A stretch of DNA of 64,000 bases, taken from the human T2T-CHM13v2.0 reference genome, Homo sapiens. The position numbers and the translations under genes are program-made. The notes below the pieces were generated by a model. It was not told the DNA's origin. It did not search any database and was given only the letters and a program-made list of their open reading frames with translations. The stretch lies in assembly GCF_009914755.1 (NCBI RefSeq), contig NC_060941.1. One strand, given 5' to 3'. This document shows positions 54,984 to 64,000 of the stretch, one piece after another. How positions within the stretch are numbered: position 1 is the stretch's first letter; each line of letters begins with the position of its first letter.

Positions 54984-57900
54984 GAATTCGTTGGAAACGG
55001 GATAATTTCAGCTGACTAAACAGAAGCAGTCTCAGAATCTTCTTTGTGATGTTTGCATTCAAATCCCAGAGTTGAACTTTCCTTTCAAAGTTCACGTTTG
55101 AAACACTCTTTTTGCAGGATCTACAAGTGGATATTTGGACCACTCTGTGTCCTTCGTTCGAAACGGGTATATCTTCACATGACATCTAGACAGAAGCATT
55201 CTCAGAAGCTTCTCTGTGATGACTGCATTCAACTCACGGAGTTGAACACTCCTTTTGAGAGCGCAGTTTTGAAACTCTCTTTCTCTGGCATCTGCAAGGG
55301 GACATGTAGACCTCTTTGAAGATTTCGTTGGAAACGGAATCATCTTCACATAAAAACTATACAGATGCATTCTCAGGAACTTTTTGGTGATGTTTGTATT
55401 CAACTCCCAGAGTTGAACTTTCCTTTGCAAAGAGCAGCTATGAAACACTCTTTTTCTAGAATCTGCAAGTGGACGTTTGGAGGGCTTTGTGGTTTGTGGT
55501 GGAAAAGGAAATATCTTCACCTAAATACTAGAGAGAAGCATTCTCAGAAACTGCTTGTGATGATTGCATTCAACTCACAGAGTTGAACATTCCTATTGAT
55601 AGAGCAGTTTGGAAACACTCTTGTTGTGGAATGTGCAAGTGGAGATTTGGAGCGCTTTGAGGCCTATGGTAGTAAAGGGAATAGCTTCATAGAAAAACTA
55701 GACAGAAGCATTCTCAGAAAATACTTTGTGATGATTGAGTTTAACTCACAGAGCTGAACATTCCTTTGGATGGAGCAGGTTTGAGACACACTTTTTGTAG
55801 AATGTACAAGTGGATATTTGGACCTCTCTGAGGATTTCGTTGGAAACGGGATAACTGCACCTAACTAAACGGAAGCATTCTCAGAAACTTCTTGGTGATG
55901 TTTGCATTCAAATCCCAGAGTTGAACCTTCCTTTGATAGTTCAGGTTTGAAACACTCTTTTTGTAGGATCTGCAAGTGGCTATTTGGACCACTCTGTGGC
56001 CTTCGTTAGAAACGGGTACATCTTCGCATAAAATCTAGACAGAAGCCTTCTCAGAAACTTCTCTGTGATGATTGCATTCAACTCACAGAGTTGAACCCTC
56101 CTATGGATAGAGCAGTGTTGAAACTCTCTTTTTGTGGAATCTGCAAGTGTATATGTGGACCTCTCCGAAGATGTCTTTGGAAACGGGAATATCTTCACAT
56201 AAAAACTAAACAGAAGCATTCTCAGAAACTTCTCTGTGATGTTTGTGTTCAACTCCCAGAATTTCACATTGCTTTTCATAGAGTAGTTCTGAAACATGCT
56301 TTTCGTAGTGTCTGCAAGTGGACATTTGGAGTGCTTTCAGGCCTGTGGTGGAAAACGATTTATGGTCACATAAAAACTGGAGAGAAGCATTGTCAGAAAC
56401 TTCTTTGTGATGATTGCATTCAACTCACAGAGTTGAAGGTTCCTTTTCAAACAGCAGTTTCCAATCACTCTTTCTGTGGAATCTGCAAGTGGATATTTCG
56501 ACCTCTTTGAAGATTTCGTTGGAAACGGGAGAATCTTCACAGAAAAGCTAAACAGAAGCATTCTCAGAAACTTCTTTGTGATGCTTGCATTCAACTCACA
56601 GAGTTGAACTTTCCTTTCGAGAGAGAAGCTTTGAAACACTCTTTTTCCAGAATCTGCAAGTGGACATTTGGAGGGCTTTGAGGCCTGTGGTGGAAAAGGA
56701 ATTATCTTCCCGTAAAAGCTAGATAGAAGCATTCTCAGAAACTACTTTGTGATGATTGCATTCAAGTCACAGAGTTGAACATTCCCTTTGACAGAGCAGT
56801 TTGGAAACTCTCTTTGTGTAGAATCTGCAAGTGGAGATATGGACCGCGTTGAGGCCTATGGTAGTAAAGGAAATAGCTTCATATAAAAGCTAGACAGTAG
56901 CATTCACAGAAAACTCTTGGTGACGACTGAGTTTAACTCACAGAGCTGAACATTCCTTTGGATGGAGCAGTTTCAAAACACACTATTTGTAGAATCTGCT
57001 AGTGGATATGTGGGCCTCTCTGAGGATTTCGTTGGAAACGGGATAAACCGCACAGAACTAAAACAGAAGCATTCTCAGAACCCTCTTCGTGATGTTTGCA
57101 TTCAACTCACAGTGCTGAACCTTTCTTTGATAGTTCAGCTTTGAAACACTCTTTTTGTAGAAACTGCAAATGGATATTTGGTCCTCTCTGAGGATTTCGT
57201 TGGAAAAGGGATAAAACGCACAGAACTAAACAGAAGCATTCTCAGAACCTTCTTCGTGATGTCTGCATTCAACTCACAGTGTGGAACCTTTCTTTGATAG
57301 TTCAGGTTTGAAACACTCTTTTTGTAGAAACTGCAAGGGGATAATTGCACTCTTTGAGGAGTACCGTAGTAAAGGAAATAACTTCCTATAAAAAGAAGAC
57401 AGAAGCTTTCTCAGAAAATTGTTTGGGATGATTGATTTGAACTCACAGAGCTGAGCATTCCTTGTGATGTAGCAGTTTAGAAACACACTTTCTGCAGAAT
57501 CTGCAAGTGCATATTTGGACCTCTCTGAGGAATTCGTTGGAAACGGGATAATTTCAGCTGACTAAACAGAAGCAGTCTCAGAATCTTCTTTGTGATGTTT
57601 GCATTCAAATCCCAGAGTTGAACTTTCCTTTCAAAGTTCACGTTTGAAACACTCTTTTTGCAGGATCTACAAGTGGATATTTGGACCACTCTGTGTCCTT
57701 CGTTCGAAACGGGTATATCTTCACATGACATCTAGACAGAAGCATTCTCAGAAGCTTCTCTGTGATGACTGCATTCAACTCACGGAGTTGAACACTCCTT
57801 TTGAGAGCGCAGTTTTGAAACTCTCTTTCTCTGGCATCTGCAAGGGGACATGTAGACCTCTTTGAAGATTTCGTTGGAAACGGAATCATCTTCACATAAA

Positions 57901-60075
57901 AACTATACAGATGCATTCTCAGGAACTTTTTGGTGATGTTTGTATTCAACTCCCAGAGTTGAACTTTCCTTTGCAAAGAGCAGCTATGAAACACTCTTTT
58001 TCTAGAATCTGCAAGTGGACGTTTGGAGGGCTTTGTGGTTTGTGGTGGAAAAGGAAATATCTTCACCTAAATACTAGATAGAAGCATTCTCAGAAACTGC
58101 TTTGTGATGATTGCATTCACCTCACAGAGTTGAACATTCCTATTGATAGAGCAGTTTGGAAACACTCTTGTTGTGGAATGTGCAAGTGGAGATTTGGAGC
58201 GCTTTGAGGCCTATGGTAGTAAAGGGAATAGCTTCATAGAAAAACTAGACAGAAGCATTCTCAGAAAAACCTTTGGGATGATTGAGTTGAACTCACAGAG
58301 CTGAACATTCCTTTGGATGGAGCAGGTTTGAGACACACTTTTTGTAGAATCTACAAGTGGATATTTGGACCTCTCTGAGGATTTCGTCGGAAACGGGATA
58401 ACTGCACCTAACAAAACGGAAGCATTCTCAGAAACTTCTTGGTGATGTTTGCATTCAAATCCCAGAGTTGAACCTTCCTTTGATAGTTCAGGTTTGAAAC
58501 ACTCTTTTTGTAGGATCTGCAAGTGGATATTTGGACCACTCTGTGGCCTTCGTTCGAAACGGGTACATCTTCGCATAAAATCTAGACAGAAGCCTTCTCA
58601 GAAACTTCTCTGTGATGATTGCATTCAACTCACAGAGTTGAACCCTCCTATGGATAGAGCAGTGTTGAAACTCTCTTTCTGTGGAATCTGCAAGTGGATA
58701 TGTGGACCTCTCCGAAGATGTCTTTGGAAACGGGAATATCTTCACATAAAAACTAAACAGAAGCATTCTCAGAAACTTCTCTGTGATGTTTGTGTTCAAC
58801 TCCCAGAGTTTCACATTGCTTTTCATAGAGTAGTTCTGAAACATGCTTTTCGTAGTGTCTGCAAGTGGACATTTGGAGCGCTTTCAGGCCTGTGGTGGAA
58901 AACGAATTATGGTCACATAAAAACTGGAGAGAAGCATTGTCAGAAACTTCTTTGTGATGATTGCATTCAACTCACAGAGTTGAAGGTTCCTTTTCAAAGA
59001 GCAGTTTCCAATCACTCTTTCTGTGGAATCTGCAAGTGGATATTTGGACCTCTTTGAAGATTTCGTTGGAAACGGGATAATCTTCACAGAAAAGCTAAAC
59101 AGAAGCATTCTCAGAAACTTCTTTGTGATGCTTGCATTCAACTCACAGAGTTGAACTTTCCTTTCGAGAGAGAAGCTTTGAAACACTCTTTTTCCAGAAT
59201 GTGCAAGTGGACATTTGGAGGGCTTTGAGGCCTGTGGTGGAAAAGGAATTATCTTCCCGTAAAAGCTAGATAGAAGCATTCTCAGAAACTACTTTGTGAT
59301 GATTGCATTCAAGTCACAGAGTTGAACATTCCCTTTGACAGAGCAGTTTGGAAACTCTCTTTGTGTAGAATCTGAAAGTGGAGATATGGACCGCTTTGAG
59401 GCCTATGGTAGTAAAGGAAATAGCTTCATATAAAAGCTAGACAGTAGCATTCACAGAAAACTCTTGGTGACGACTGAGTTTAACTCACAGAGCTGAACAT
59501 TCCTTTGGATGGAGCAGTTTCAAAACACACTATTTGTAGAATCTGCAAGTGGATATGTGGGCCTCTCTGAGGATTTCGTTGGAAACGGGATAAACCGCAC
59601 AGAACTAAAACAGAAGCATTCTCAGAACCTCTTCGTGATGTTTGCATTCAACTCACAGTGCTGAACCTTTCTTTGATAGTGCAGCTTTGAAACCCTCTTT
59701 TTGTAGAAACTGCAAATGGATATTTGGTCCTCTCTGAGGATTTCGTTGGAAAAGGGATAAAACGCACAGAACTAAACAGAAGCATTCTCAGAACCTTCTT
59801 CGTGATGTCTGCATTCAACTCACAGTGTGGAACCTTTCTTTGATAGTTCAGGTTTGAAACACTCTTTTTGTAGAAACTGCAAGGGGATAATTGCACTCTT
59901 TGAGGAGTACTGTAGTAAAGGAAATAACTTCCTATAAAAAGAAGACAGAAGCTTTCTCAGAAAATTGTTTGGGATGATTGATTTGAACTCACAGAGCTGA
60001 GCATTCCTTGCGATGTAGCAGTTTAGAAACACACTTTCTGCAGAATCTGCAAGTGCATATTTGGACCTCTCTGAG
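54984..60075 (+). repeat. HORs 20-21, two 15-mer variants (2546 bp each)
   Basis: EcoRI at 54984, 57530, 60076; single M monomer each; shared N/O variants. Confidence 0.9.
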
Positions 60076-62957
60076 GAATTCGTTGGAAACGGGATAATTT
60101 CAGCTGACTAAACAGAAGCAGTCTCAGAATCTTCTTTGTGATGTTTGCATTCAAATCCCAGAGTTGAACTTTCCTTTCAAAGTTCACGTTTGAAACACTC
60201 TTTTTGCAGGATCTACAAGTGGATACTTGGACCACTCTGTGTCCTTCGTTCGAAACGGGTATATCTTCACATGACATCTAGACAGAAGCATTCTCAGAAG
60301 CTTCTCTGTGATGACTGCATTCAACTCACGGAGTTGAACACTCCTTTTGAGAGCGCAGTTTTGAAACTCTCTTTCTGTGGCATCTGCAAGGGGACATGTA
60401 GACCTCTTTGAAGATTTCGTTGGAAACGGAATCATCTTCACATAAAAACTATACAGATGCATTCTCAGGAACTTTTTGGTGATGTTTGTATTCAACTCCC
60501 AGAGTTGAACTTTCCTTTGGAAAGAGCAGCTATGAAACACTCTTTTTCTAGAATCTGCAAGTGGACGTTTGGAGGGCTTTGTGGTTTGTGGTGGAAAAGG
60601 AAATATCTTCACCTAAATACTAGAGAGAAGCATTCTCAGAAACTGCTTTGTGATGATTGCATTCACCTCACAGAGTTGAACATTCCTATTGATAGAGCAG
60701 TTTGGAAACACTCTTGTTGTGGAATGTGCAAGTGGAGATTTGGAGCGCTTTGAGGCCTATGGTAGTAAAGGGAATAGCTTCATAGAAAAACTAGACAGAA
60801 GCATTCTCAGAAAATACTTTGTGATGATTGAGTTTAACTCACAGAGCTGAACATTCCTTTGGATGGAGCAGGTTTGAGACACACTTTTTGTAGAATCTAC
60901 AAGTGGATATTTGGACCTCTCTGAGGATTTCGTTGGAAACGGGATAACTGCACCTAACTAAACGGAAGCATTCTCAGAAACTTCTTGGTGATGTTTGCAT
61001 TCAAATCCCAGAGTTGAACCTTCCTTTGATAGTTCAGGTTTGAAACACTCTTTTTGTAGGATCTGCAAGTGGCTATTTGGACCACTCTGTGGCCTTCGTT
61101 CGAAACGGGTACATCTTCGCATAAAATCTAGACAGAAGCCTTCTCAGAAACTTCTCTGTGATGATTGCATTCAACTCACAGAGTTGAACCCTCCTATGGA
61201 TAGAGCAGTGTTGAAACTCTCTTTTTGTGGAATCTGCAAGTGGATATGTGGACCTCTCCGAAGATGTCTTTGGAAACGGGAATATCTTCACATAAAAACT
61301 AAACAGAAGCATTCTCAGAAACTTCTCTGTGATGTTTGTGTTCAACTCCCAGAGTTTCACATTGCTTTTCATAGAGTAGTTCTGAAACATGCTTTTCGTA
61401 GTGTCTGCAAGTGGACATTTGGAGCGCTTTCAGGCCTGTGGTGGAAAACGAATTATGGTCACATAAAAACTGGAGAGAAGCATTGTCAGAAACTTCTTTG
61501 TGATGATTGCATTCAACTCACAGAGTTGAAGCTTCCTTTTCAAAGAGCAGTTTCCAATCACTCTTTCTGTGGAATCTGCAAGTGGATATTTGGACCTCTT
61601 TGAAGATTTCGTTGGAAACGAGAGAATCTTCACAGAAAAGCTAAACAGAAGCATTCTCAGAAACTTCTTTGTGATGCTTGCATTCAACTCACAGAGTTGA
61701 ACTTTCCTTTCGAGAGAGAAGCTTTGAAACACTTTTTCCAGAATGTGCAAGTGGACATTTGGAGTGCTTTGAGGCCTTTGGTGGAAAAGGAATTATCTTC
61801 CCGTAAAAGCTAGATAGAAGCATTCTCAGAAACTACTTTGTGATGATTGCATTCAAGTCACAGAGTTGAACATTCCCCTTGACAGAGCAGTTTGGAAACT
61901 CTCTTTGTGTAGAATCTGCAAGTGGAGATATGGACCGCTTTGAGGCCTATGGTAGTAAAGGAAATAGCTTCATATAAAAGCTAGACAGTAGCATTCACAG
62001 AAAACTCTTGGTGACGACTGAGTTTAACTCACAGAGCTGAACATTCCTTTGGATGGAGCAGTTTCAAAACACACTATTTGTAGAATCTGCAAGTGGATAT
62101 GTGGGCCTCTCTGAGGATTTCGTTGGAAACGGGATAAACCGCACAGAACTAAAACAGAAGCATTCTCAGAACCCTCTTCGTGATGTTTGCATTCAACTCA
62201 CAGTGCTGAACCTTTCTTTGATAGTGCAGCTTTGAAACACTCTTTTTGTAGAAACTGCAAGTGGATATTTGGTCCTCTCTGAGGATTTCGTTGGAAACGG
62301 GATAAACCGCACAGAACTAAAACAGAAGCATTCTCAGAACCTTCTTCGTGATGTTTGCATTCAACTCACAGTGTTGAACCTTTCCTTGATAGTTCAGGTT
62401 TGAAACGGTCTTTCTGTAGAAAATGCAAGTAGATATTTGGACCTCTCTGAGGATTTCGTTGGAAACGGGATAAACCGCACAGAACTAAAACAGAAGCATT
62501 CTCAGAACCCTCTTCGTGATGTTTGCATTCAACTCACAGTGCTGAACCTTTCTTTGATACTTCAGCTTTGAAACACTCTTCTTGTAGAAACTGCAAGTGG
62601 ATATTTGGTCCTCTCTGAGGATTTCCTTCGAAACGGGATAAACCGCACAGAACTAAACAGAAGCATTCTCAGAACCTTCTTCGTGATGTCTGCATTCAAC
62701 TCACAGTGTGGAACCTTTCTTTGATAGTTCAGGTTTGAAACACTCTTTTTGTAGAAACTGCAAGGGGATAATTGCACTTCTTTGAGGCCTACCGTAGTAA
62801 AGGAAATAACTTCCTATAGAAAGAAGACAGAAGCTTTCTCAGAAAATTCTTTGGGATGATTGAGTGGAACTCACAGAGCTGAACATTCCTTGCGATGTAG
62901 CAGTTTAGAAACACACTTTCTGCAGAATCTGCAAGTGCATATTTGGACCTCTCTGAG
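60076..62957 (+). repeat. HOR 22, 17-mer variant (2882 bp; Mz-like, Mx, My)
   Basis: EcoRI spacing 2882; M monomers at ~62161, 62329, 62496. Confidence 0.9.
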
Positions 62958-64000
62958 GAATTCGTTGGAAACGGGATAATTACAGCTGACTAAACAGAAG
63001 CAGTCTCAGAATCTTCTTTTTGATGTTTGCATTCAAATCCCAGAGTTGAACTTTCCTTTCAAAGTTCACGTTTGAAACACTCTTTTTGCAGGATCTACAA
63101 GTGGATATTTGGACCACTCTGTGTCCTTCGTTCGAAACGGGTATATCTTCACATGACATCTAGACAGAAGCATTCTCAGAAGCTTCTCTGTGATGACTGC
63201 ATTCAACTCAGGGAGTTGAACACTCCTTTTGAGAGCGCAGTTTTGAAACTCTCTTTCTGTGGCATCTGCAAGGGGACATGTAGACCTCTTTGAAGATTTC
63301 GTTGGAAACGGAATCTTCTTCACATAAAAAATATACAGATGCATTCTCAGGAACTTTTTGGTGATGTTTGTATTCAACTCCCAGAGTTGAACTTTCCTTT
63401 GGAAAGAGCAGCTATGAAACACTCTTTTTCTAGAATCTGCAAGTGGACGTTTGGAGGGCTTTGTGGTTTGTGGTGGAAAAGGAAATATCTTCACCTAAAT
63501 ACTAGATAGAAGCATTCTCAGAAACTGCTTTGTGATGATTGCATTCACCTCACAGAGTTGAACATTCCTATTGATAGAGCAGTTTGGAAACACTCTTGTT
63601 GTGGAATGTGCAAGTGGAGATTTGGAGCGCTTTGAGGCCTATGGTAGTAAAGGGAATAGCTTCATAGAAAAACTAGACAGAAGCATTCTCAGAAAATACT
63701 TTGTGATGATTGAGTTTAACTCAAAGAGCTGAACATTCCTTTGGGTGGAGCAGGTTTGAGACACACTTTTTGTAGAATCTACAAGTGGATATTTGGACCT
63801 CTCTGAGGATTTCGTTGGAAACGGGATAACTGCACCTAACTAAAGGGAAGCATTCTCAGAAACTTCTTGGTGATGTTTGCATTCAAATCCCAGAGTTGAA
63901 CCTTCCTTTGATAGTTCAGGTTTGAAACACTCTTTTTGTAGGATCTGCAAGTGGATATTTGGACCACTCTGTGGCCTTCGTTCGAAACGGGTACATCTTC
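62958..64000 (+). repeat. Partial HOR 23 (monomers A-F)
   Basis: EcoRI at 62958 followed by the standard monomer order to the window end. Confidence 0.88.

Larger units (their letters stand above)
1..64000 (+). repeat. D17Z1: Centromeric alpha-satellite HOR array, suprachromosomal family 3, most likely human chromosome 17 D17Z1 (16-mer, ~2.7 kb)
   Basis: Continuous 167-171-bp monomers with alphoid motifs (cattctcagaaac, tgtgatgattgcattcaactcacagagttgaac, ctgcaagtggatatttgg, ttcgttggaaacggga). Modal period ~2715 bp with one GAATTC per unit (1696, 4413, 7297 ... 62958). Near-identical adjacent monomers in one slot. Motifs aatttcagctgactaaaca (1716-1734) and ataactgcacctaactaaa (~2564-2582), which I recall as chromosome 17 alphoid primer sites. 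Alpha satellite is essentially certain; chromosome and species assignment is from recall, not a search. Confidence 0.93.

Noticed and set aside
88-63494. Many recurring ORFs of 60-216 aa on both strands (e.g. MHSNPRVEPSF..., MKIFPFPPQTT...), with C/H spacing superficially like zinc fingers
   Set aside because: They are translations of 171-bp (57-codon) alphoid monomers. They recur with the HOR period, overlap on both strands, mostly start at non-ATG codons and are freely broken by stops and frameshifts between copies. There is no C2H2 linker or other domain signature.
1-64000. Searched for L1/Alu/SVA insertions, poly(A) tails, target-site duplications, inversions or non-alphoid islands
   Set aside because: None seen. 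Every EcoRI interval is accounted for by whole monomers in the same orientation.
1-64000. Alternative assignments: DXZ1 (12-mer), D11Z1 (5-mer), D17Z1-B (14-mer)
   Set aside because: The modal period is ~2715 bp (16 monomers) with a single EcoRI site and a tandemly repeated monomer slot; no 2.0-, 0.85- or 2.4-kb HOR period is present.

Overview
The whole 64 kb window is one uninterrupted, single-orientation array of primate centromeric alpha satellite (~171-bp monomers; pentamer-based suprachromosomal family 3). It is organised as a ~2.7-kb 16-monomer higher-order repeat (HOR) with one EcoRI site per unit, which best matches human chromosome 17 D17Z1. I see no genes, transposon insertions or inversions, and the ORFs in the track are artefacts of the repeat. 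There are 22 complete EcoRI-to-EcoRI HORs: eleven 16-mers, six 17-mers, four 15-mers and one 23-mer. I label the monomers A-L, M, N, O from the EcoRI site (my own labels). Apart from the 23-mer, all length variation comes from one hypervariable slot holding 1-3 copies of the CENP-B-box-bearing ~168-bp monomer M, which occurs as at least three subtypes. Above the HOR level there is (i) an alternating two-haplotype block at ~0-21 kb, (ii) a diverged patch at ~22.7-25.8 kb ending in an out-of-register recombination junction that creates the 23-mer, (iii) a near-perfect 8,315-bp three-HOR tandem duplication at ~36.6-53.5 kb, and (iv) a 15-mer sub-lineage at ~55-60 kb. I found no new gene system; the interest lies in the array architecture and recombination history. 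All comparisons were made by eye, without alignment tools.
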